Assembly: GCF_006345805.1 (NCBI RefSeq)
Contig: NC_043019.1
Location: 14,445,360-14,509,359, forward strand
Direction: 5' to 3'
Length of the DNA: 64,000 nucleotides
From: Octopus sinensis
Lineage: Eukaryota
Part shown: positions 50,133-62,641 of the stretch, piece by piece
Position numbering within the stretch: the stretch's first letter is position 1
How the letters are laid out: each line of letters opens with the position of its first letter
Notes under the pieces: model-generated
The model's input: only the letters and a program-made list of their open reading frames with translations
The model's database searches: none
Told to the model about the DNA's origin: nothing
Translations under genes and position numbers: made by a program

Positions 50133-53100
50133 TGTAGTGTGATGGATGAAGAGGACAACAGAAGGAGAAGGAAATACAAACAGGTCTTACCTCGACGAAG
50201 ATCAGGTCTCTTACCGAACTCGGCACGTCCAGTCGCTTCCTCGTCTCTGCTCAAAAGGCTGGCTTCGTTGATTGCCACACGTGCGTGCTGCTTGACCGCT
50301 TCTGCTTCCCCCCGCACATGCGCCCTCCGGTCTTCCACCAGGCCCCTGCAAGCCCTACTTCCGCCCTCATTTATTTGTCGTCCTCTCCACCGACACCACA
50401 CGCCCCCCTGATCTACAGATCACTGAAACGGCTTTCTCACTCGCTCCCCGCTCCCGAACTCACACCCTAACTGGTTTCATAATCAGCCAACCAGGGAGGA
50501 GGGTGCCGTTCCCTCTGTGGTCGCAGTGCGACCCTAGGACTAGTTCCTGGCATGTTGCTGCTGGCCTCATCATCCTGTCTACTGGTGTTGTTTTCATCTT
50601 GCCCACTGCTGCTGGTCCCATCCCCTGAGGCATGGACAATCCTCCGTATATCCAAAATGTGGCATGGCATACGATCGACCGAGATGTTGTTCTTTGAATT
50701 TACAGAGGTTATTGTCCCCTTTCCCCATCGTGATGTACACCGTGCGTTTGAGGGTTTTACCCAAACTTCTTCCCCAACATGCACGAAGGCGTGCTCTTCC
50801 TCCGCCCCGGGTCGCAAAGACGCAGTACACGGATGCCTTCCCTCATACCTGAATATTGTCCTGTGTGGCACCGACTCTTCAGCCCTCCTGATCTGGGCGA
50901 CATATTGTACCAAAATACAGCCTCCCTTGGTGAAATGTGACCCCTCTCTGCCATGGCCTTGATGGTACGATGATGCCTTTCCACCACCCCATTTCCACTT
51001 GGCCGGTATGCCGCCCTGAAGAAGCGGTTGACCTTCCACCCATCAAGCATTTCTTTCAGCACATCTGAGCGAAATGCAGTGCCATTATCCAGAAGCAGTT
51101 CATCCACGGGGCCTCCTTCCAGGAATATCTCATTCAATACTTTCACAATTTCCTCTGCGGTCCCCGTCTTCATCTCCCTCCATATGGCCAACCGCCCCGA
51201 TTCGCTGTCAACCATTGAGAGATATGTCCCTTGCCGGTAGTGTGTTATGTCCACCGCCAGTCGTTTCCAGTCATGGTCCACTGGAATACTTCCCGCTTCA
51301 TGTACGCCCAGAGCAGGGTCGATGGACTGGCACCTGTCACAACTGCTAACCACTCTGTGCACGCTCTGTCTTGTTACATTGGAGTCATCTTTTCTGGCTA
51401 GGAACAATGTCCTGTCCACACCCATGTGATGCAAGGTATGCAGTCTCCGCAACTCCGAGTTGCTCAGATGGCATACTGCAGCTACAACCTGCTTCGCATC
51501 CTCTGGCACCTGCAACCAGACTCGCTTTACCCTGGTCAGGACGTCTGCCCTGTTCTTCTCGGAAGGCACAAAGATCACGCTCAGCTTCAGATTGAACTCA
51601 GTGGTTAGTTCACGTAGTATTCCCAATCGACGCTTTACCAGCATCTCTGCAGCCCCTTTGGTCCACACCCTCCGCTCATTGGTGATGACTGCTGTCACCC
51701 AACCAAGTACAGTGGCCGAATCAGACCTGATTTCTATGGTGTGCAACCCCACTTTAAGGCTAGGTTCACCCCCTTCAACACGGCATCCAACTCCACCACA
51801 TTGATACGATTGCAGTCATCCTTTTTCCTGAGCCAGGCTGCATCTTCCACCATGACACCTCCCACTTCTAAGACAACCCCTGTTGCGATGCTACTGGCGT
51901 CACACCATACAATCTCGCTCTTTGATTTGGGAACATACCAGCTGCCCCTCACTGGGTCCTCTGCTCCTACTCTGACCAAGACTTCCTGTATCATGTCGAT
52001 CGTCTTCTCCCCCACTCTATCATTCCACTTCACTCCTTCGGCTCGTTTCTTGATAAAGCTACATGCTGTCCGGAGCCAACCTGCAATCGGGTAGTGTCCC
52101 ACCAGCTTCCCACACACAGCAAACAGTTCCCGTCTACTCATGCTGGCGCTCAGTTCAGGGACCTCATTCCCTCGCTGGAACACCAACACGCCGGCCTTGT
52201 CTCTCCATAGCTTGAGGCCCAGTGCAGCACCTCCCTCCATTGCCTCTGGTGGCTTGGCGATCAGTCCAAAACCCTTCAGGTGGCCTATGACCTCCGTTGC
52301 TGGCATTACGGTTTCATCCACCAGAATGTCATCGATGTACGAATTGGTGGCCCTTTTTACTCTGTCCACCTTTCCCAGGATGGCCTTGAGAATTGTTGCC
52401 ATAATCTTTGGCACTGAATTCAGCCTGAACCCCAACCTAGTCAGACAGTACGTCCGGCCCTTATACCTGACAAGCTGGTACTTCCACAATTTCTCAGCCA
52501 CATGCACCTGTAGGTATGCCGACTTCAAATCAACAATCGTGGAGGCCCCTGTCATCTGCCTCCACTCTCGCAAGGTGTCTCCGCAGACATCTGTGACCTC
52601 GCTGCCTGTATGACATGATACGTGGTCATTCAGCTCTCAGAAGTCAAGCACTGGCCTGACCTTATGCTTTGTGGGCTGTATCACTGCCATCAGTGGCAGG
52701 ACTCCGCTCTCTTCTTAATCCCAAGGGATCAATATGCCCTCCTTAATCCACTGCTCCACCTCCCCCTCGAACTCACTTCTGGCATCTCCTTTTAGAGTAT
52801 GCTGATAGCAGCCCACTTTATTCTTTAACATCGGGGGCTCTCCCTTCCAGTGCCATTCCACTGTCCACCTCTTGCCATCAAAGACAGCCCGAAAATCCTG
52901 GTCTTCAATGGTGTGTGCAGCATGCTTTTCCTCACGGTTGTCACCAGTGCATGGTCTCGCCCTACACGGTTTCCCCGCTAACCCAAACATTACACCGGCC
53001 TCGTTAACGGTGACACTTCCCAAGCGGGTGATTGCATCCATCCCCATCACCACGTCAATCTCGTCCACCAAGTGACCAACCACAATTGCTCGCAGCGTCA

Positions 53101-54358
53101 TCTGTATCCCTGCACTACAATCTGGGCATCTGTAATGCCTTCACAGTGTACTTCTCTTCCGTCGACAGCTCTAACACTGCTTTCTCCACTCCATGTCTCT
53201 GCCACTTCTGTAGTCATCAGGGTTATTGTACAGCCCGTGTCCACAAGGGCTCGCAACATCTTCCCCTCCACCAGAATGTCGACCACAGGTAGCGACGATA
53301 AACGCGCCTCTACTGATCCGAAGAGACAACTACTGGCGCAGTAGTCTTCCTCAGTCCGTTTCCCCGCAGACATTCGCTGGCTATATGCCCCGGTTCTCGA
53401 CACCGGTAGCAAATGACCTCAGGCTTGGGTGACTCACAGTCACACACCATGTGCAGACCTTGGCACCGGAAACACTGTCCTTTGAACGGTCGCACACGTT
53501 CTTTCTTCGGCCCCTCTCCGCTGCTCCTAGCTCGGCCACTTTTGGATGTTGCAGTCGCTGCTACCGACGTCGTTCTGCTGCACAAAACTAGTACACGTGC
53601 CCGAGATATGATGTTCACCATCGGCATCGAATGAACGTTCGGAAGCAGCTGTAGCTCAACCGACATGTTGTCGGGAAAGCCAGTCACGAACGCCAACATA
53701 ACTGTCCGTTCCAGCGACCCTCCCTCATAACCCGCCAGTTTAGCCAATCTCCTAAATTCATTGGCAAACACGTCCACCTGTTCCCCAGTCCATCTTGTTC
53801 TACCCAGGCGAGCGTATGCCTCAAACATTCCCTCCGCAAAGGCCTCCATCAACCGGATTTCCACTTTCTCCGTGCTGAGTTGGTCTGTCTCCTCCATCTC
53901 TAGATACAGCGCCAATGCTGGACCATCCCAGTACAGTGGCATGAAGCTCACCAGGTCACTTATACCATGGAGCTTCACCACCAACTTCACTTTCTTCAAC
54001 CAAGAGACTACATCCATGTCGCCACAAGACGGTTTTATCATTTCGTGCGAAATACGGACACTCATCGTTCGTTTTTTTTTTTTTTCTCTTTATGTGCCGA
54101 AATAGCATGTAGTGTGATGGATGAAGAGGACAACAGAAGGAGAAGGAAATACAAACAGGTCTTACCTCGGCGAAGATCAGGTCTCTTACCAAACTTGGCA
54201 CGTCCAGTCGCTTCCTCGTCTCTGCTCAAAACGCTGGCTTCGTTGATCGCCACACGTGCGTGCCTCTTGACCGCTACCGCTTCCCCCCGCACATGCGCCC
54301 TCCAGTCTTCCACCGGGCCCCTGCAAGCCCTACTTCCGCCCTCACCACCGACACCACA
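50133..54358 (-). mobile_element. Complete Ty3/Gypsy family-2 LTR retrotransposon with 5-bp TSD (AGTAA); ORFs disrupted
   Basis: LTRs at 54108-54358 and 50133-50400 (TG...CA on the minus strand), with PPT ggggggcg. AGTAA at 50128-50132 and 54359-54363. Domain order: gag with two zinc knuckles, protease LVDTG, RT YIDDILV, RNaseH WCDAS, integrase LLLDNG...GNGVVER. Confidence 0.95.
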
Positions 54359-54466
54359 AGTAATATTAATGTTTTGTGTATATACTTTCTCCCACCCTGC
54401 TTTGTTACATTATATATCCAACACACAAGGACATACAAATATATAAACAGTTGTATATAGATATAA

Positions 54467-54853
54467 ATACCTAATTTAAACATACCTATTTTACACATAC
54501 TTAAGGGTTTAAAAAAATTAAAATATAGTTTATTGAATTGAATGTTGATAAAATCATATAAGGGCCTGATGATTGGGGTGGCATCTTGAGAGGGGTTCCA
54601 GGTTTATCTCGCCAAATAAAAAGAATTTTTATTTTTATTTTAAATACCTACTGTTTTATTACTTGGCAACACGTGTTTCATGAGGTACATCCTCGGGTTC
54701 CTAAACTGCTCCGTGTTTCCCTGGAACCCCTCTCAAGATGCCACCCCAATCATCAGGCCCTTATATAGTTTTATCAACATTCAATACAATAAACTATATT
54801 TAATTTTTTTAAACCCTTAAGTATGTGTAAAATAGGTATGTTTAAATTAGGTA
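54467..54853. mobile_element. MITE/foldback with ~135-bp terminal inverted repeats
   Basis: The left arm atacctaatttaaacatacc...gaggggttccagg is the reverse complement of cctggaacccctctc...gtttaaattaggtat. Confidence 0.85.
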
Positions 54854-54877
54854 TGTTTAAATTAGTTTTGCTGGACT

Positions 54878-55895
54878 CTACATATATAGTGTTCCAAATA
54901 AAATTAAATTTACAAAAACTATGTTAATAATATATAGTGTTCCAAATAAAATTAAATTTACAAAAACTATGTTAATAATATATAGTGTTCCAAATAAAAT
55001 TAAATTTACAAAAACTATGTTAATAATATATAGTGTTCCAAATAAAATTAAATTTACAAAAACTATGTTAATAATATATAGTGTTCCAAATAAAATTAAA
55101 TTTACAAAAACTATGTTAATAATATATAGTGTTCCAAATAAAATTAAATTTACAAAAACTATGTTAATAATATATAGTGTTCCAAATAAAATTAAATTTA
55201 GAAACACTATGTTATTAATATATAGTGTTCCAAATAAAATTAAATTTACAAAAACTATGTTAATAATATATAGTGTTCCAAATAAAATTAAATTTACAAA
55301 AACTATGTTAATAATATATAGTGTTCCAAATAAAATTAAATTTAGAAACACTATGTTAATAATATATAGTGTTCCAAATAAAATTAAATTTACAAAAACT
55401 ATGTTAATAATATATAGTGTTCCAAATAAAATTAAATTTAGAAACACTATGTTAATAATATATAGTGTTCCAAATAAAATTAAGTTTACAAATACTATGT
55501 TAATAATATATAGTGGTCCAAATAAAATTAAATTTACAAAAACTATGTTAATAATATATAGTGTTCCAAATAAAATTAAATTTAGAAACACTATGTTAAT
55601 AATATATAGTGTTCCAAATAAAATTAAATTTACAAAAACTATGTTAATAATATATAGTGTTCCAAATAAAATTAAATTTAGAAACACTATGTTAATAATA
55701 TATAGTGTTCCAAATAAAATTAAGTTTACAAATACTATGTTAATAATATATAGTGTTCCAAATAAAATTAAATTTACAAAAACTATGTTAATAATATATA
55801 GTGTTCCAAATAAAATTAAATTTACAAAAACTATGTTAATAATATATAGTGTTCCAAATAAAATTAAATTTACAAATACTATGTTAATAATATAT
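54878..55895. repeat. 48-bp minisatellite, ~21 units
   Basis: Unit atatatagtgttccaaataaaattaaatttacaaaaactatgttaata, with recurrent variants. Confidence 0.97.
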
Positions 55896-56010
55896 AAAAA
55901 ATGTGAATTATATAAAACAGAATAACGTAAGCTTTTACATTTTACTTTTGACAATCTTTTTCTAAAAAGTCAAACCTTTTAAAATTGCATTTTCACATTT
56001 TCTTTCATAT

Positions 56011-56091
<81 letters not shown>

Positions 56092-56309
56092 TATATACAT
56101 ATATATACATACATACACACACGCACACAAATACACACACACACAAACACACACATTCTCAATTGAAACCGTCCAACGAATAGGAACATTAAACTCTGAG
56201 TAGCAGATTTTTGCAAAAATTTTTATACATTTGCAGCTTTAATAATAAAGTACATACATACATACATACATACATACATACATACATACATACATACATA
56301 CATACATGC

Positions 56310-57150
56310 ATGCAGCCTACAAGAAACTCTGAGAATCTTCCCTGCTTGAACTTCCAATAGGCAAACTGGAAACAAATTGAGAAAGAGATCCTCGAACAAA
56401 ACAGGTGTAAATGTTTCTCCCCAGCAGACATAGACATGGAACTTCAACAATTCATGTCTGTAATGCAAGCCATATGTTACAAATGTGTCCCAGAGAGAAA
56501 TGCCACTGTACACAAGAACAAAATCCCCAGGGAGAGGAAAATTCTTATAAGATGGCATACAAAAGTCTCAAATCGCCTAAACAAACAAATTGAAAGCAGT
56601 GAAAAGTCCCACCTGAAAATACAACTGCTGGAGATTGAAAAAAGTCTGCTGCTCTCCCATGCAAAAGAAAGAGCAGACAAAGAAGCCTGGGCTTTAGACA
56701 ATATAAAATATTACCCCAGAGCTTTCTACAAGTTTGCCAAGACTCAAGAGATTAAGACTCTATCCCTTAGAGCATAGGCAAGAAAGATATGCCATAATAT
56801 ACATCTGGAAGATCCTGGAAGGACTTGTCCCAAACTTTGGCATCAAGAGTTACACAAATACTAGAACTGGGCATCACTGCATAGTGCCAATGACCCCAAA
56901 TTTGCTACCAAGAAGTTGGACAAGATACTGCAATAGCCTGGGCTTCAGAGGTCCACAGCTCTTCAATATCCTCCTGAAGGACCTGAGAGACCTGCATTGG
57001 GTGGATGTAGGTGTCTTCAAAATAAAGCTGGACCTCTTCCTGTCAAGTGTCCCAGATGAACCAACTTTGCAGCAAGAGGTGCAGATGAGGGCAGCTGCGT
57101 CCAACTCTCTCATGCACCAAATGTCAATTCCTAAAAAGCATTCATGAAGT
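56310..57150 (+). mobile_element. Internally deleted CR1-type LINE fragment
   Basis: MELQQFMSVMQAICYKCVPER...RAFYKFAK is joined to RLRLYPLEHR...IWKILEGLVPNFG...[12 protein letters not shown], the same family as 17590-18400. Confidence 0.8.
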
Positions 57151-57298
57151 AAAATTATGTAGCAACACCAAATGGCCATGCCCCAGCATGGCCACAGCTC
57201 ATGAGCCGAAACTAGATAAAATAAAAAAATATATATATTACACACATGGGCATGCATACACGTACGCATGCAGACATATGTGCGTATGTATATGTGTA

Positions 57299-57334
<36 letters not shown>

Positions 57335-57396
57335 CATACATATATATGTATATATATACATATATATATATACATATATATACATATATATATATG

Positions 57397-59357
57397 AGAT
57401 GCAGTTTGGGTTTGTCCCAGGGAAAAGCACCACTGATGCTATATTCCTGGTAAGGCAGCTGCAGGAGAAATACCTAGCCAAAGATAAGCCCCTGTACCTG
57501 GCTTTCGTTGACATGGAGAAAGCCTTTGATAGGGTCCCCCGATCCCTCATCTGGTGGTCAATGAGGAAACTTGGGATAGATGAATGGCTGGTGAGGGCTG
57601 TGCAAGCCATGTACAGAGATGCTGTAAGTAAGGTTAGAGTTGGCAGCATGTACACAGAAGAATTCAAGGTAGAGGTTGGGGTCCACCAGGGTTCAGTACT
57701 CAGCCCCCTCCTATTTATCATAGTCCTCCAGGCAATTGTGGAGGAATTCAAGACAGGTTGCCCCTGGGAGCTCCTCTACGCTGACGACCTCGCTCTAATC
57801 GCTGAGTCACTATCAGAACTGGAGGAGAAGTTCCAGGTGTGGAAGGAGGGTTTAGAATCGAGGGGCCTTAGAGTCAACCTAGCTAAAACCAAAGTACTAA
57901 TAAGTAGAAAGTTAGAAAATCCACAAATATCCTCAGGAAGATGGCCCTGCTCGATCTGTAGAAAAGGTGTAGGTAGAAACTCTATAAGATGTACCCAGTG
58001 TAAGCTATGGACACATAAGAGGTGCAGCAATGTCAAAGGTAGGCTAACTGGGAAGATAGTTTTTGTATGTGGCAGATGCTCTGGAGCATTGACCTCCGAA
58101 AATCTGCAGAAAACAACTTCCGTCACTTTCCGGGGGGAAAAACTAGAAGTAGTTGATAGCTTCCACTATCTAGGTGACCAAGTCAGTAGTGGGGGCGGGT
58201 GCGCTGAAAGTGTAACTGCTAGAATAAGAATAGCCTGGGCAAAGTTTAGGGAGCTCTTACCTCTGCTGGTGACTAAAGGCCTCTCGCTCAAAGTAAAAGG
58301 CAGACTGTATGATGCATGTGTACGAACAGCTATGCTACATGGCAGTGAAACATGGGCCGTGACTGCTGAGGACATGTGTAAGCTTGTGAGGAACGAAGCC
58401 AGTATGCTCCGATGGATGTGTAATGTCAGTGTACTTACTCGACAGAGCGTTAGTACCTTGAGAGAAATGTTGTACCTAAGAAGCATCAGTTGTTGTGTGC
58501 AAGAGAGACGATTGCGCTGGTATGGTCATGTGGCGAGAATGGATGAAGATAGGTGTGTGAGAAAGTGCCAATCCCTAGCAGTTGAGGAAACCCGTGGAAG
58601 AGGTAGACCCAGGAAAACCTGGGACGAAGTGGTGAAGCACGACCTTCGGACGTTAGGTCTCACCATGGAAATGACTAGAGACCGAGACCTATGGAAGTAT
58701 GCTGTGCGTGAGAAGACCCGGCAAGACTAGTGAAGCCATAATCCGTGGCCCCTACCTGGGACGTAGTCAGTCCACCTGTGCATACCTTCCTTCTTGTGAC
58801 ACTTGTGAAGACCTGTTGAGGCAAGTGAGAATCGAATCGAATCAAATCAAATCAAATCGAACCAAATCAAAATAGATGAACATCAATGGAATTTGTATCC
58901 TTGTGGTACCAGTGCCGGTGGCACATAAGAAAACCATCCGAACGTGATCGTAGCCAGTACCGCAACGACTGGCCTCCGTGCTGAGGGCACATAACAAACA
59001 CCATCCGAGCGTGGCCGTCCGCCAGCCCCGTCTGGCACCTGTGTCGGTGACACATAAGAAAACACCATCCGAGCGTGGCCGTCAGCCAGCCTCGTCTGGC
59101 ACCTGTGTCGGTGGCACATAAAAAACACCATCTGAGCGTGGCCGTCTGCCAGCCTCGTCTGGTACCTGTGTCGGTGGCACATAAAATCACCCACTACACT
59201 CTCGGAGTGGTTGGCGTTAGGAAGGGCATCCAGTTGTAGAAACACTGCCAGATCTGACTGGCCTGGTGCAGCCTTTGGGCTTGCCAGACCCCAGTTGAAC
59301 CGTCCAACCCATGCTAGCATGGAAAGCGGACGTTAAACGATGATGATGATGATGATG
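57397..59357 (+). mobile_element. 5'-truncated RTE copy C: open RT C-terminal half, 3' UTR minisatellite and (GAT)n tail
   Basis: Open frame from EMQFGFVPG to REKTRQD* (58730). The start of the tracked ORF (57246) lies in a microsatellite. Confidence 0.95.
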
Positions 59358-61159
59358 ATATACGAAAGAAGGTTTGAAAATGCAATTTTTAAAAGATGTT
59401 TATTTACTTTACCGGTCTCACTCTTTGGAAAAAGATTGTCAAAAGTAACATGTAGAAGTTTGGTTGCGTTAATTATTGGTTGTTACAAAATGCTACATTA
59501 CATATATACAGTCTTTGGTAACACGGACATGTTAAGGACATAAGAAAGTTTAACAAGTTCCTCAAAATATTGGGCACAAAAGATTACAACATAAATAATC
59601 ATTCTCAAGAATATGTTAAAGATAGTTTCCAGAAGGAATTATTAAAAAGTTCAGGGGGATATTGGTATTGTATCTGTATATTCAAACATGCACAGAATAT
59701 TATATATACATTCTTTGGTGACAAGAGCATGTTAAGAACATAAAAAAGTTTAACAAGTTCATTGAAATATTGGGCACAAAAGATTACAGTAAATATATTA
59801 TACGTTCTCAAGATAATTTCCAGAAGGAATTATTAAAAAGTTCAGTGGGATATTGGTATACATGCACAGAATATTATGAGTTCAAAAAGGTTTACATTAT
59901 AATAGTAGGGAAGCTAAAACTGATCTGTCCACCATGTTAACATAAAAGAATATTATCTCTTTCAAGGGACACTGTAGGTGTGTTTGGGTGGGGGGAAGGA
60001 GGAGTAATATGGAACTGAAAAGAATTTCTCCCATATGTCTCTCCTTCAAGCATCAATGATTTGGGGGATTGGCTTTAGAGGTCAATATGATTTGAGTGTG
60101 TGTGTCTTTGTGTGTGTGTGTATATAGATATGTGGTGTGAATAGATGTGTCTGTGTGTTTGTAAAATCTGGTAGGATGGTGTGTGTATATGTGTGCCTGT
60201 TTGTGTGTGTGTGTGTGTATGTGTGTGGTTAATGTTTGTTAGTGTGTTGCGTGTGCATTAGTGTGTATGTGTATGTTCTAATCTTTTGTGCCCAATATTT
60301 TAAGGAATGTGTTAAACTTTCTTATGTCCTTAACATGTCCCTGTTACAAATGTCGGTTCACAAATGTCAAAATGTTTGACTAGGGTCTTGTTGATTATCT
60401 ATCACTAGGGTGAAAACAAATTATGGTTAACAATGTAGGGAATTATCCAACTGCAATTGATCTAGGTAGTAGAATGTCTGGATATGGTCTAATACATTGT
60501 CTATTACTAAGGTAAGACCAAATTATGGTTAACCAAAGTAGGGAATTAGCTAGCATACAAGAATGATTTGAATTAAAATGCTGGCATTAATGGGTCGTAA
60601 GTATTCTTATAAACAGCAGAATGTCTGATGGTAGTCTAATTTTAACAATCATTTTTCAATGTTTGCATGGGGTGAGCAAATTTACCATGGCAGATTTTCT
60701 ACGACTGGGTGCCCATCCTGTCACCAACCCTTATCTGTTTCAGTTTAGTATTTCTCCATATTCAGACATATTGGTTTTAAATTATGGTAGAGGGCAGGCC
60801 TTTCTGAGGGAAGGGGGAACTTGGATGCATCAACCCCAGTACATGACTGGTACTTATTTTATTGACTCGCAAAGGATGAAGGTTAAAGTGAACGTCGGCA
60901 GAATTTGAGCTCAGAGTGTAAAGACGGACAAAATACCGCTAAGCATTTTGTCTGGCATGCTAACAGTTCTGCCAGCTCAGCATCTTCCCATGGTCAGACA
61001 GATTTTCACACAACACTGGAAACGAAGAAGGATATTCATTTACAATAATCATACACTGTCAAGATAAGGAGACATAAACATGCACACACCCACACTCATG
61101 CATAGTATTAATATAATAGAAGACAAGTAAGCTGTAGTTGATGAGCCTTGTCCTAGGTG

Positions 61160-61342
61160 CCATGCAGTGGGACTGAACCTGAAACTTTGTGGTTGAGAAG
61201 CAAACTCCTTAGCCATACAACCATGCAGTGGGACTGAACCTGAAACTTTGTGGTTGAGAAGCAAACTCCTTAGCCATACAACCATGCAGTGGGACTGAAC
61301 CTGAAACTTTGTGGTTGAGAAGCAAACTCCTTAGCCATACAG
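61160..61342 (-). repeat. 61-bp SINE head triplicated, specific to copy c3
   Basis: ccatgcagtgggactgaacc...tagccataca starts at 61160, 61221 and 61282. It is single-copy in c1 and c2. Confidence 0.9.
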
Positions 61343-61474
61343 CCATGCCGGTACCTATAAGCTAGTAAAAACTGAAAAACTAAAAATTGCAATAGAAGAC
61401 TTCTTTTCTATTTGTTTATGGTATTTTATTACAAAGTTGTCATATTTTCACTTATTTCTTTTTATCATTTCTAG

Positions 61475-62641
61475 ATTCGAGTTCTTGGATTCATTGCTGT
61501 GGTCAGCATCTTCTTTCTACTGTTTGCCTGGAAGCAATATTCTGTGAATAAAGAATATACAGGGACAACATTAAACAAACACAACCAAAAGTTTATAAAT
61601 AATTCTAAGGAATTTCCAAATAATCAAGTGCATCATATAAATAAGAAAACTGTAAGCAAAAAGAAACAGGAATTGGTTCAGTTAAACAACAAAACTAAAT
61701 ATGTTATTTTTTACTGTTATCCTAAAGGTTGTGGAGGTTGGGCAGATAGGCAGCAAGGAATAATTTCTGTATATTTAATGGCACAGGCCATGGGTCGTCG
61801 TTTTGGCATCATTATTACAAGACTTTGTAATTTTACTAATTATCTTCAACCAAACAAAATTAACTGGACAATTGACCCAAAAGAGTTGCATGGCCTAAGA
61901 AGTCGTCGCCTTTGTTTGCTTCAGAACAATACGTACATTTCCTATTTACAATCAGCAGACTTAGAAATGCTTTACCCTGAAGATGTCCTCTATGTGACAA
62001 CAAATCGAATCTATTTTCACGCCTTGAAACGGAATCCTCGCTACAAAGAACAACTGCATTGGGCATCAAATATGTCATATGGAAATTTATTTGCTAAAAT
62101 GATGAATTTATTGTTTCGCTTCAGCAATGATTTACAGGAAAAATTTGACAAATTCTTTGAAGTCAATATCCCCAAGCCAGATATACATCTGGTGTGTGCT
62201 CAGATTCGAATGGGACAGAACCCTAGTGTTCCAAGAGATCCCCCAAGGAATTCAATGTCAAGTATTCAGATTGTTTGGAACTGGTTAAATAAGTACAACA
62301 CAAGCAAGTACAAAATATTTGTGACAACAGACTCAGAAGAGGTACAGGCGATAGCTTTAAAAAAATTTTCTCCTCAAATTGTGTACACACCAGGGGGAAT
62401 AATACATATGGATCGGCCACGTAAGGAGATGAAAAACAAGTGTGATGGTGTAAGGAAATCGTTTTTGGACCAATATATTCTGAGTGAATGTGATACGTTG
62501 ATAATAAGCCGAAGTGGTTTTGGTGAAAATGCTATAATGATGAGACAAAGAAAAAACAACCTGTTTTATTTTAGAGAAGGAGTAATAAAACGAATCAACA
62601 AAGAAAAATTTTCTCTCAGGTGGTACAAATATTGGACGTGA
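61475..62641 (+). CDS. Fucosyltransferase-fold glycosyltransferase copy c3; intact terminal coding exon, start exon not found
   Basis: Open for 388 codons from the TAG acceptor. It has the same anchor and motifs as c1 (CGGWADRQQG, CAQIRMG, KIFVTTDSEEV, DQYILSECD). Confidence 0.85.
   Translation: MRVLGFIAVVSIFFLLFAWKQYSVNKEYTGTTLNKHNQKFINNSKEFPNNQVHHINKKTVSKKKQELVQLNNKTKYVIFYCYPKGCGGWADRQQGIISVYLMAQAMGRRFGIIITRLCNFTNYLQPNKINWTIDPKELHGLRSRRLCLLQNNTYISYLQSADLEMLYPEDVLYVTTNRIYFHALKRNPRYKEQLHWASNMSYGNLFAKMMNLLFRFSNDLQEKFDKFFEVNIPKPDIHLVCAQIRMGQNPSVPRDPPRNSMSSIQIVWNWLNKYNTSKYKIFVTTDSEEVQAIALKKFSPQIVYTPGGIIHMDRPRKEMKNKCDGVRKSFLDQYILSECDTLIISRSGFGENAIMMRQRKNNLFYFREGVIKRINKEKFSLRWYKYWT

Noticed and set aside
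54878-55895. CRISPR-like array (also the 98-bp and 61-bp repeats)
   Set aside because: The units are contiguous with no unique spacers, there are no cas genes, and the context is eukaryotic.
54878-55954. 358-aa multi-pass membrane protein or 334-aa repeat protein
   Set aside because: Both ORFs are only the minisatellite read in frame, with a TTG or internal start and no unique domain.
9748-57397. Many YI/CV/HT-rich ORFs in the track (e.g. 9529, 24364, 36352, 45571, 57212, the start of 57246)
   Set aside because: They are translations of (TA)n, (CA)n and (TATG)n microsatellites, or antisense frames of TEs.
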